Source: Candidatus Krumholzibacteriota bacterium (GTDB lineage Bacteria > Krumholzibacteriota > Krumholzibacteriia > JAJRXK01). From it: a DNA stretch of 64,000 nt. The notes beneath the pieces were generated by a model. It made no database searches. It was not told the origin of the DNA and saw only the letters and a list, made by a program, of their open reading frames with translations. The position numbers and the translations under genes were made by a program. The stretch lies in NCBI GenBank assembly GCA_963764625.1, contig CAVXTH010000009.1:864001-928000 (forward strand), given 5' to 3'. The stretch's first letter is position 1. Each line of letters begins with the position of its first letter. Below, in pieces: positions 34,161 through 43,123 of the stretch.

Positions 34161-34232
34161 TGGAACATCTTTTGCACTGCGGCGGTGCATGCGAGGGGCC
34201 AGCTTGACAAGCCCTGAGGGGCTGCGTAATGT
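34161..34232 (+). promoter_or_regulatory. Tandem sigma54 and sigma70 promoter candidates upstream of the M23 peptidase
   Basis: TGGAACATCTTTTGCA (34161-34176, GG-N10-GC) and TTGACA-N17-TAATGT (34204-34232). Confidence 0.6.
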
Positions 34233-34306
34233 AGCGCGGCTCTTTGGACAGTACCCCGAAGGAACCCAGAACCGCCAGCGAGCTCGAGAATACTGATCAC
34301 GAACCC

Positions 34307-35221
34307 ATGAAGAATCGCCACTGGACATTTCTCTACGTTCCGACCGGGGAAGGTGGAGTGCGCACTCTCCGGCTCAGCAAGCGGCTCGCCGCGGCTTTGG
34401 CCGGAGCGCTTCTGCTCCTTTTCCTGATGGTCGCGATGATGGCGGTCGCATTCGTGCGCCAGGGAGTGGCCCTCCACGAAGAAGGACGCCGCACGCGGGA
34501 AATCGGGGCTCTCGAGACCAAGATCACCCAGCTGCAGGAAAAGTCGGCCGGCTACGAGGCGCAGATGAACCGGAATTTCGAGCTGCTCGAGAGGGCCAAA
34601 CTGCTGGCCGGGCTGGGCACCCTCGACAAGACAGTGATCCAGATGGGGGTGGGGGGACCCGGGCCCGCTCCAGATCCTGTGGCCGAGAGCTTGCCTCCCT
34701 TGAGCCGGGAGAGGATGAGCGAGGTCTCCGACCAACTCGACAAGTTGCTCCGCCAGGCCCGGTTCCAAGAGGAGAGCTACCAACAAGTCTTGCGGGTACT
34801 CCAGGATGATCAGCTCGCTCGCGAGGCGACCCCGAGTATTCGTCCCATCCAAATGGGCTACCTCTCGAGCCGCTATGGACGCCGGATCGACCCCTTCACC
34901 GGTCGTCCCGCGTTCCACCGCGGTGTCGATTTTTCAGCCCCCCTGGGCACGCCGGTACATGCCACGGCCGAAGGAGTGGTGGTGCGAGCCTCGCGCCGCG
35001 GCCGCATGGGCAAGATGGTGGAGCTGGACCACGGCAACGGCCTGCACACGCGCTACGGCCACCTGAACGGCTTCACGGTGCACAAGGGACAGCGCATCCA
35101 CCGCGGTGATCTCATCGGTTACGTGGGGAACACCGGGCGCAGTACCGGACCGCACGTTCACTACGAAGTGGTGGAAAACGGCAAGACGGAGAATCCCTTC
35201 CTGTTCATCATTCGCGATTGA
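34307..35221 (+). CDS. M23-family metallopeptidase with TM anchor and coiled coil
   Basis: HRGVDF, TRYGHL, GNTGRSTGPHVHYEV. Confidence 0.93.
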   Translation: MKNRHWTFLYVPTGEGGVRTLRLSKRLAAALAGALLLLFLMVAMMAVAFVRQGVALHEEGRRTREIGALETKITQLQEKSAGYEAQMNRNFELLERAKLLAGLGTLDKTVIQMGVGGPGPAPDPVAESLPPLSRERMSEVSDQLDKLLRQARFQEESYQQVLRVLQDDQLAREATPSIRPIQMGYLSSRYGRRIDPFTGRPAFHRGVDFSAPLGTPVHATAEGVVVRASRRGRMGKMVELDHGNGLHTRYGHLNGFTVHKGQRIHRGDLIGYVGNTGRSTGPHVHYEVVENGKTENPFLFIIRD

Positions 35222-35272
35222 GCGGACGAAGCCAGTCTAGTTCTCTAATTGACTTTAATCCGCGTCTCGACG

Positions 35273-35301
35273 TTGACAGGTTCCGGTCGCGAATCTAGGC
35301 T
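35273..35301 (+). promoter_or_regulatory. Sigma70 promoter candidate
   Basis: TTGACA-N17-TAGGCT. Confidence 0.55.
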
Positions 35302-35335
35302 GCCGCCGAGAGGATCCACCCATCCTCGGCAAAGC

Positions 35336-36698
35336 ATGACCAAAAAACGTTCTCTCTTCTTGCTCGCTCTCCTCTGGGGACTGTGCGCGTGGCTCGATGC
35401 CTCTGCGGCGCAGCTTCTGCGCGTGCGCCATTCGAGCACGGCGCAGCGCACCCGGATCGTGCTCGACTTGAGTAAAGAGAGCGGCTATCGCATTCGTCGC
35501 GTGGCGAATCCGGAGAGGATCGTTCTGGAGTTCCCGAGAGGGGCGATGCCGAATTCATCCGCGGTGGCGGTCGACCAAGCTCGCGTGAAGCGGGTCCGCT
35601 TCAATGAACTAGGCAACCGTCTGCAGGTGGTGCTGGACTTGACGGGGCATCTTCCCTTCGAGCATTTCAGCCTCGACGCCTCCGCTGCGAAACCCCCACG
35701 CGTCGTCATCGACGTGACAGACGAGCCCGTCTCCACCCTCGCAGCGAGCCAGCCCGAGACCTCGGGTTTGTCGAGCCCTTCGAGCGCGCAGCTCGTCCGG
35801 GCGGTCGCGCCCTCGCCTCCCCCCGCACTTCATGCCCCGGGTGAGGGTCGTCCCTACGTGATCGTCATCGACCCCGGTCACGGAGGAAAGGACCCGGGCA
35901 CCCGCGGCTGCGGTGTGATTCGCGAGAAGGATCTCGTCTTGAGCATCGCGAAGATCATGGCCGAGGAACTCCGCGCGCGGACGGATTTCAAAGTCGTTCT
36001 GACCCGAGGCGACGACCGCTATGTCGATTTGCACGGAAGAGTGCACATCGCGCGCATGCAGCAGGGAGATCTCTTTCTGAGCATCCACGCGAACAGCGCG
36101 CGTTCTTCGAGCGCGCAGGGCGCGGAAGTCTATTTCCTCTCTCCCCGGGGTGCGACGGACCAGGCGGCCTCGGAGCTCGCGAATCGGGAGAACGCGGCGC
36201 ACATGGTGGGAATGGGAGACGGGGAAGAAGTCGACGACACCATGATGTCGATTCTCATGGATCTGCAGTCTTCGGGGATTCTCAGGCGCAGCGGTCAATT
36301 CGCCGAACTGACTCTGGAGCATCTGGGCGCGGTACCGAGCATGGACATCCGCTTCATCAAGCAGGCGCGTTTCGCGGTCTTGCGCACCCTCTCCATGCCC
36401 TCGATTCTGGTCGAGGTCGGGTATCTGAGCAACCGGAGCGAGGCGAGGCGTCTGCGAAGGCAAGCGACCCAGGCCGAAATCGGACGGGCCATGGCGAACG
36501 CCGTCATCGCGTACTGTGAGCACTACGGTGAGAAAGGGCAGCCCAAGATCGTGCAGTCAGCGCACCCATAAAGTTCGACGGGGTGACACCCTGTGGGACC
36601 TCGCGCGCGTCTACGATACGAGCGTGGTGACGATCCGAGAGCTCAACCATCTCAAGACGAGCAGTCTCCGGGTGGGGCAGGACTTGATCCTCCCTTGA
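35336..36698 (+). CDS. N-acetylmuramoyl-L-alanine amidase (AMIN + Amidase_3 + C-terminal LysM; frameshift near 36555)
   Basis: IVIDPGHGGKDPG, FLSIHANS, SILVEVGYLSN; LysM HKVRRGDTLWDLARVY...LRVGQDLILP in the next frame. Confidence 0.9.
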
Positions 36699-36729
36699 AG
36701 GACGGCTCTCGACTCGAGGCCATGCAGAC

Positions 36730-37653
36730 GTGACCCGTAATCTCAGCGTCAAGATTGTTTGCGTGCTTCTCGCACTGGTTCTATGGGCCCAGGCCGCGGC
36801 ACAACAAGACGTCGAGAAAGTAGTGGAGCTCCCCCTGACTCTCACTGGTCTGCCCGATAGCCTGGCCGTCCGCGCTTCCAAGGCGCCTGAGACGATCTGG
36901 GTCAGATTGCGTGAGTCGAAACTGGAACGCCTCCTCCACGACCTCTTGAAGAAGGGTCGGGGCAGGGTGGACGTCGATCTCTCCGCCGTGAGCGTGGGAG
37001 AATTCCATCACGACATCTCGGTGCGGGAAGTGATCGATGGCGGCACCGCTCTCTCGGTCGAGAGCCCCACCGCGCTCCATCTGCGGATCTACCCCAAGGC
37101 GCAGGCTGAAGTGGGGGTGAGGGTGATCCTCGAGAGTCAGTTGGACGAGGGTCTGATTTTGGCCGGCCGGCCCGAAGTGACCCCCGCGCAGGTGCGGGTG
37201 GAAGGCGCCGCGCCGCTGGTGAGTTCTCTCGATCACGTCAATACACTGCCGCTGAAGATCTCGAAACACCATCGCTCGTTCCGCGAGACCGTCCGCCTGG
37301 CCAGCCCGGATCCCGACCTCGTTTTGCGGCCGGTGGAGGTGGATGTCTCCGTCGGCATCGACGAGATCGTGGACCGCAGCTTCGAGAACATTCCAGCCTC
37401 GGTTCAGAGCGACCAGGTGGATTCCTCGCGCGTATACGTTCAGCCCAAATTCGCCAAAGTGCGGCTGAAAGGTCCGGCGCACGTGCTCGCGGCCATCGGG
37501 CCCAACGACGTTTCCGTGATCTTGCACCTCGGAGGAGGAAAGGGCGGTGTGTATCAGATCGAACCGGAGGTCAAAGTGCCGGACGGCGTCATTTCCACCA
37601 CGGTCGATCCTCCCAGCTTCCAGGTCATCGTCGACGGCGGGGCTGACAAGTGA
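36730..37653 (+). CDS. YbbR/CdaR-like protein
   Basis: N-terminal TM (NLSVKIVCVLLALVLW); repeated P..V.V.G YbbR-like domains. Confidence 0.8.
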   Translation: MTRNLSVKIVCVLLALVLWAQAAAQQDVEKVVELPLTLTGLPDSLAVRASKAPETIWVRLRESKLERLLHDLLKKGRGRVDVDLSAVSVGEFHHDISVREVIDGGTALSVESPTALHLRIYPKAQAEVGVRVILESQLDEGLILAGRPEVTPAQVRVEGAAPLVSSLDHVNTLPLKISKHHRSFRETVRLASPDPDLVLRPVEVDVSVGIDEIVDRSFENIPASVQSDQVDSSRVYVQPKFAKVRLKGPAHVLAAIGPNDVSVILHLGGGKGGVYQIEPEVKVPDGVISTTVDPPSFQVIVDGGADK

Positions 37654-38516
37654 TGAGGCGAATCGGGGAAGGCGGTACCTGGATCCTTTTCGGTCTCGTG
37701 GTCGCCGCGGCGCTCTCCACCTTCTTGCCCTGGCACGATCCGGAACTGCCAGGCTCCCTTCAACTCACGGTGTTGGAGGGCGGCGGCAAGATGAAGACGG
37801 CGCGAGCCGTGAGACCTCTCTGCGAGTACCTCTCCCAGCAATTGCGACGCAGCGTCGTTCCCAAGGTCGTGACCGCTTCCGAACTGCAGGAGGAGCTCGC
37901 CAAGGCTAGGCTGTTTCTTCTGCCGGCGTCGCTGCTGGCCGACTCCAGTCGCTTCAGCATTCTCGCGCGCGCGAAGGGTCCCGGACTCGACGCCGCCTAC
38001 GATCGTCCCTACCTGCTGTTTCCCCGGGGCAAGCGCTGGTTCGAGATGGAAAAGCCCCGACTCATCCTGGGCGACTCCTGGTCGTGGATGGGAGGAAAGG
38101 GAGCAAAGGAGTATCTCGCGGCGCACGGCCATACTCTGGAAGCCGGGTTCTCCGTGGTCGACGCCGGTCACAACGTCTACGACCACGAGGAGGCGATCTG
38201 CGCGGTGGTCCACGGAGCCTACGATCTGGCCGTGGTGCGCGAGAGCGATCTCCGCCTAGCCATCGAGGAAGGCATCATCGATCCGCGGCGCTTCGGGTTC
38301 GGGCCGGCTGGCCCAGCCGGCGGAGGGATCGTCCTGGCTGCGGCTCCCTCGCTGTCACTTTCCGCGCAACGGAGTTTGCGCTCGGCCGCCCTCAATCTCG
38401 ATACTTTTCGTTTCGACAACAAGCACCTGCCCGCCGCGCTTGCCTTGAGCGGGCTGGCGCTCGTGGGCATCGAAGGATTCGTACCCGATCACCCTTTCCC
38501 GAACCTACGTCCTTGA
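37650..38516 (+). CDS. Membrane-anchored protein, weakly PhnD/solute-binding-like
   Basis: N-terminal TM; PLCEYLSQQL and HEEAICAVVHGAYDLAVV resemble PhnD-type binding proteins. Confidence 0.55.
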   Translation: MMRRIGEGGTWILFGLVVAAALSTFLPWHDPELPGSLQLTVLEGGGKMKTARAVRPLCEYLSQQLRRSVVPKVVTASELQEELAKARLFLLPASLLADSSRFSILARAKGPGLDAAYDRPYLLFPRGKRWFEMEKPRLILGDSWSWMGGKGAKEYLAAHGHTLEAGFSVVDAGHNVYDHEEAICAVVHGAYDLAVVRESDLRLAIEEGIIDPRRFGFGPAGPAGGGIVLAAAPSLSLSAQRSLRSAALNLDTFRFDNKHLPAALALSGLALVGIEGFVPDHPFPNLRP

Positions 38517-38534
38517 GCGAGTCGGCGGGTCATC

Positions 38535-38969
38535 TTGACACCAGTGAGCACCACTTCTACTCTCGACTACCGGATCCCGTTTTTCATCTGGATGGCGGTG
38601 ATTCTGTCCGTCTCATCGATTCCCGAGCCGACCCTGCAAAAGGTCGGTTTTTCCGTGAAGGACTATCTGGCCCACGGGGTCGAGTATTCGATTTTGGGTT
38701 TTCTCTCCCTGCGCCTCGTCCGGGCCGAGGGGAAAAAGTTGCCCTGGTCCTGGTTGCTGGTGGTGCTCGTGGCGTTCTGCATGGGAGCGGTCGACGAGAC
38801 CTATCAGCGGCTGATCCCCGGCCGCACTCCCTCCTGGTCGGACTTCGCCGCCGACCTCGTAGGTAGTTTGGCGGGAGCTTGGATCGCCATCGTGTACTAT
38901 GCACTGACCGCGCGGCTGAGGACGCCGAGCGGCGGAACGATCGAAACGGATCGAGGAGTGGATTCATGA
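38535..38969 (+). CDS. VanZ-family membrane protein
   Basis: DYLAHGVEYSILG, DETYQRLIPGRTPSWSDFAAD. Confidence 0.85.
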   Translation: MTPVSTTSTLDYRIPFFIWMAVILSVSSIPEPTLQKVGFSVKDYLAHGVEYSILGFLSLRLVRAEGKKLPWSWLLVVLVAFCMGAVDETYQRLIPGRTPSWSDFAADLVGSLAGAWIAIVYYALTARLRTPSGGTIETDRGVDS

Positions 38970-40768
38970 AAGGGTTTCGACGCAGCCATAGCTGTGGAGA
39001 ACTGACTCCGGCTCAAGCCGGAAGCGAAGTCACTCTCAATGGTTGGGTGTCCTCACGCCGCGATCACGGGGGCCTCGTGTTCGTGGATCTGAGGGACCGC
39101 TACGGGGTGACACAGGTCGTCTTCGGTCCCCAGGACGAGGAAACGCACGATCGAGCCCAATCTCTCAGGCAGGAAGACGTGGTTGCGGTGAAGGGGACGG
39201 TACGCGCGCGTCCGGCGGACATGGTCAATCCCGACATGCATACCGGAGGCATCGAGATCGCTGCGGAGCAGTTGGTGATTCTGAACCGATGCGAGGTCTT
39301 GCCCTTCCAACCCGAACAAATCGAAGGCGCTGGCGAAGAACTCCTCCTGAAGTATCGCTACCTTCACCTGCGCACTCCCGATATGCAGCGCAACCTGAGA
39401 ATCCGCCACGAAGTCGCCAGAGCGACACGGGAGTTTCTCTCCGACGAGGGTTTCCTGGAAGTCGAGACTCCACTTCTCATTCAGACCACGCCCGAAGGAG
39501 CCCGCGACTATGTCGTTCCCAGCCGGGTTCATCCCGGGAAGTTCTACGCTCTCCCGCAGAGTCCCCAGCTCTACAAACAGACCCTCATGATCAGTGGATT
39601 CGATCGCTATTTCCAACTCGCGCGCTGTCTGCGGGATGAAGATCTGCGCGCGGACCGGCAGCCAGAGCACACGCAGATCGATCTCGAGATGAGCTTCATC
39701 GACGAAGAGGCGATCTACGCGCTGGTGGAAGGACTGATGACCGCGATCGTGGAGCGCGCTCTCGGAAAGGAACTGCAAACTCCGTTTCCGCGGCTGTCCT
39801 TCGACGAGGCGATGGACGCCTATGGCTCGGACAAACCCGACTTGCGATTCGAGCTCCAGCTCGTCGATCTCAGCGAAGAGGCAGCGGCCGGGGAATTCAA
39901 GGTCTTCTCGAGCGTGGTGGCTGAAGGCGGCAGGGTGAAGGCGGTCGTCGCCCCGGGCTTGGCCTCGATCTCCCGCAAGGGGATCGGCGAGTTCGAGGAG
40001 ATCGCCCGCAAATACGGTGCGAGGGGTCTCGCCTACTTGAAGTGGAGCGAGGAAGGCCTCAGCGGTTCGTTCGCCAAGTTCTTCTCCGACGAGGCCCTGC
40101 GGAAGTTGGCGGAGGCCGCTGGCGCGCGACCGGGAGATCTGATCCTCTTGGTGGCCGATGCGCGCATGCGCGCGAATCAGGTCCTGGGGCAGCTGCGCCT
40201 GGAGATCGGGCGGAGGCTCGATCTGCTCAGCGGCGACGAGTTCGAATTCTGCTGGATCCACGATTTCCCCCTCTTCGAGAAAGACGAAGAGCAGGGGGGC
40301 TGGACCGCCATGCATCACATGTTCACCATGCCGCGTGAGCAGGATCTTTCGCGCATCGAGAGCGATCCGGGGAGCGTGTCCGCCAGACTCTACGATCTGG
40401 TTTGCAACGGCGTGGAACTGGGTAGCGGGAGCATTCGAATCCACCAGCGCGAACTCCAAGAACGCGTTCTCGCCGTGTGTGGGATCCAGCCGGAGGAGGC
40501 CGATCGCAAGTTCGGTTGGTTCCTGCGGGCCCTGCAGTACGGCGCGCCCCCACACGGGGGAATTGCGCTCGGGCTCGACCGAATCGTCACCATGCTGGTC
40601 GCCGGAAAGAGCATCCGCGAGGTCATCGCCTTCCCCAAAACCACCATCGCGGTCAATCCTCTGGACGGCGCGCCGTCCGCGATCTCGCCGCGCCAATTGG
40701 TGGAACTGGGCCTGGAACTGACTCTAAATGAAGATAATAGCCACGAAAACGGCACCAATAGTGCTTGA
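38966..40768 (+). CDS. aspS: Aspartate--tRNA ligase
   Basis: RSHSCGEL, RRDHGGLVFVDLRD, PEGARDY, LPQSPQ, RDEDLRADRQPE, GAPPHGGIALGLDR. Confidence 0.97.
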   Translation: MKGFRRSHSCGELTPAQAGSEVTLNGWVSSRRDHGGLVFVDLRDRYGVTQVVFGPQDEETHDRAQSLRQEDVVAVKGTVRARPADMVNPDMHTGGIEIAAEQLVILNRCEVLPFQPEQIEGAGEELLLKYRYLHLRTPDMQRNLRIRHEVARATREFLSDEGFLEVETPLLIQTTPEGARDYVVPSRVHPGKFYALPQSPQLYKQTLMISGFDRYFQLARCLRDEDLRADRQPEHTQIDLEMSFIDEEAIYALVEGLMTAIVERALGKELQTPFPRLSFDEAMDAYGSDKPDLRFELQLVDLSEEAAAGEFKVFSSVVAEGGRVKAVVAPGLASISRKGIGEFEEIARKYGARGLAYLKWSEEGLSGSFAKFFSDEALRKLAEAAGARPGDLILLVADARMRANQVLGQLRLEIGRRLDLLSGDEFEFCWIHDFPLFEKDEEQGGWTAMHHMFTMPREQDLSRIESDPGSVSARLYDLVCNGVELGSGSIRIHQRELQERVLAVCGIQPEEADRKFGWFLRALQYGAPPHGGIALGLDRIVTMLVAGKSIREVIAFPKTTIAVNPLDGAPSAISPRQLVELGLELTLNEDNSHENGTNSA

Positions 40769-40792
40769 CACTCTCCAGCCTGAGGTTATGTT
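40765..40792 (+). promoter_or_regulatory. Sigma70 promoter candidate
   Basis: TTGACA-N16-TATGTT upstream of the lipoprotein pair. Confidence 0.5.
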
Positions 40793-40901
40793 GGCGAGGA
40801 TATCGTGAAGAACGATCGCCGTCAGGACGCAAGGGGCGTTTTGCCGGGATCCAACGTTTGCGCCCCCGAATTGGGATGGCGCGAGAGGAGGTGCAGCGGG
40901 C

Positions 40902-41180
40902 TTGAAGAACTTCATCAGGCTCGTCACCGTTTGCACGTTCGGTTTGGCGCTCTTCGCCATGGGTTGCTCGAAGAATCAACCCTGTGCAACGGATCCGGCC
41001 CAAATCGAAAGCGCCCGTACGGAGTTGCAAACGGCACAGGGACAGTTGGACTCCGCGAAGGCCCAGCTGGAGACGGAAAAAACAAAGCAAGCAGATCTTC
41101 AGAAGAAGCTCGCCAATCTCTCCGACAAAGGTGAGATGGAAGAGCACCTGAATACTCTCAAGAAGGGCAGCGGCCGCTAG
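40902..41180 (+). CDS. Small coiled-coil lipoprotein
   Basis: GAGGAGG RBS; lipobox AMG/C; heptad pattern. Confidence 0.8.
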   Translation: MKNFIRLVTVCTFGLALFAMGCSKNQPCATDPAQIESARTELQTAQGQLDSAKAQLETEKTKQADLQKKLANLSDKGEMEEHLNTLKKGSGR

Positions 41181-41198
41181 GCCCCAAGCCGGAAAGGA

Positions 41199-41906
41199 AT
41201 GATCAATATGAAGCAGCAGATCATCCGCCGCGCTGGGCTCTCCCTGGTCGCTGTCGGTCTTCTCGCGCTCACGGCCTGCTCCTCGGGCGTCGATCGTCAA
41301 GTGGATGTCAGCGGGGGCGATTACTACACCCCGGAAGAAGTGCAGAAGCTGAGCAAGGATCAGTACGCTGACTACTGCGCTTCCCTGGATCAACAACTGG
41401 CCACTCTGGGACAGCAATCCGACGAGACGAACAGCCAGATGAAGACGGTCAAGGCTGAAACCGCTTCGCTGGACGGCGACATCAAGAAGCTCGAGAGCGA
41501 GTACGATGCGAAGAAGAAGGACCTCGATGCGGTCCAGAGCGAGATCGATTACTACGAGAATTTACCCAAGTCTTGGACCGTACAGGACGGCGATTTCCTC
41601 TACGGCATCTCCGCCAAGGAAGAGATCTACGCCGATGCTCTGAAGTGGCCGCGGATCTACCGCGCGAACAAGGACAAGATCGAGGATCCCAATCTCATCT
41701 ACCCTGGCTGGGAATTGACCATTCCCCGCGACTGGCCGACCAGCTGGGTGGTACAGCCGGACGAGTATCTGGGCAAGATCGCCTGGTATTGGGAGGTTTA
41801 CAACGATCCCGCGCAGTGGACCAAGCTCTACGAGGCCAACAAGGACCAGATCAGCGATCCTGACATCATCTGGCCCGGTTGGAATCTGCGGATTCCCCGC
41901 GACTAG
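41199..41906 (+). CDS. Lipoprotein with coiled coil and two LysM domains
   Basis: Lipobox LTA/C; WTVQDGDFLYGIS...IYRANKDKIEDPNLIYPGWELTIP, repeated twice. Confidence 0.9.
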   Translation: MINMKQQIIRRAGLSLVAVGLLALTACSSGVDRQVDVSGGDYYTPEEVQKLSKDQYADYCASLDQQLATLGQQSDETNSQMKTVKAETASLDGDIKKLESEYDAKKKDLDAVQSEIDYYENLPKSWTVQDGDFLYGISAKEEIYADALKWPRIYRANKDKIEDPNLIYPGWELTIPRDWPTSWVVQPDEYLGKIAWYWEVYNDPAQWTKLYEANKDQISDPDIIWPGWNLRIPRD

Positions 41907-41935
41907 CCCTCAGCGCGATCGTTTCACCCGATAAG

Positions 41936-41965
41936 AGCGCCCCCGGCCCAAGCCGGGGGCGTTTC
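41936..41965 (+). terminator. Intrinsic terminator
   Basis: GCGCCCCCGGC-CCAA-GCCGGGGGCGT-TTC. Confidence 0.7.
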
Positions 41966-42133
41966 GTCGTCTTTGAGCCCAAAGAGGGGTCTTCCCGGCA
42001 CGTACCCTGCTTTCTCGTGGCTTGCAGGGCCCTGAGAACTGGGATAACTTTCAGCCAGGGACTCCGCTTTCTGAATGCACGAGCCCAATCCAGTGGCTTG
42101 GGGAGTTCCCCTTTTCCCGCGGCACCGCCCTCG

Positions 42134-43123
42134 ATGAACGAGAAGCGAACCACCATTTCCCTGAAGGGCCTGGACCTCCTCGATTTCCTGGGCCAACAGG
42201 ATGCTAATCTGCGCCGTCTGGAAGAACGCTTCGAGGGCACTCTAGTCGTTCGCGGCGACTCCCTGATCCTCAAAGGCGAAGCCTCGCGCGTCGATGCCAT
42301 GGAGAGGGCAATGGCCGAGGTTCTGCGTTGGGCCCACGAGGGTCGCCGGATCGACCCGGAGAGCATCGACCGGATCCTGGCCGGGGAGGCTCCTCGGCTG
42401 AAGGGGGAGGCGGCGGAAGGTCTTCACCTGCACGGGAATCGCCGGGTGACGATCCATCCCCGCACGCAGGGACAGGCGCGCTACCTCGAGGCGGTCCGGC
42501 ATCACGACGTGGTGTTCGCGGTGGGTCCGGCGGGCACGGGAAAGACCTACCTCGCGGTGGTTCTCGCCCTCTCTGCACTGCAGAACCGCGAGGTGGAGAG
42601 GATCTTCCTGGTGCGTCCCGCAGTTGAGGCGGGCGAGCAGCTCGGGTTCTTGCCCGGAGATCTCCAGGAGAAAGTGGATCCCTACCTTCGCCCGCTTCAC
42701 GACGCCCTCAACGAGTGTCTGGGCGCCTCCCGCCTGGCGCGGATCCTCGCCAACGGAACCATCGAGGTGGCGCCGCTCGCCTACATGAGAGGTCGTACTC
42801 TGAATCACGCGTTCGTCATTCTGGATGAGGGTCAGAATACGACACTGGGTCAAATGAAGATGTTTCTCACTCGCATCGGCGAGGGCACTCGTGCCATCGT
42901 CACCGGTGACATCACCCAGATCGACATCACGCAACCGCAGGACAGCGGACTGGTGCGGGTGCGATCGATCATCAAGGACGTGCCGGGAGTGAGCTTCATC
43001 GATCTCGACGAGAGAGACGTGGTCCGTCACCCGCTCGTCCGCCGCATCGTGGCGGCGTTCGAGGAGAATGCCAACTCGAACGGACGTGGGGGCAACCAGC
43101 TTGGCTCGGAGGCTTCGCAATGA
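42134..43123 (+). CDS. phoH: PhoH-family ATPase (YbeZ-like)
   Basis: GPAGTGKTYLA, RPAVEAGEQLGFLPGD, APLAYMRGRTL, GDITQID. Confidence 0.93.
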   Translation: MNEKRTTISLKGLDLLDFLGQQDANLRRLEERFEGTLVVRGDSLILKGEASRVDAMERAMAEVLRWAHEGRRIDPESIDRILAGEAPRLKGEAAEGLHLHGNRRVTIHPRTQGQARYLEAVRHHDVVFAVGPAGTGKTYLAVVLALSALQNREVERIFLVRPAVEAGEQLGFLPGDLQEKVDPYLRPLHDALNECLGASRLARILANGTIEVAPLAYMRGRTLNHAFVILDEGQNTTLGQMKMFLTRIGEGTRAIVTGDITQIDITQPQDSGLVRVRSIIKDVPGVSFIDLDERDVVRHPLVRRIVAAFEENANSNGRGGNQLGSEASQ

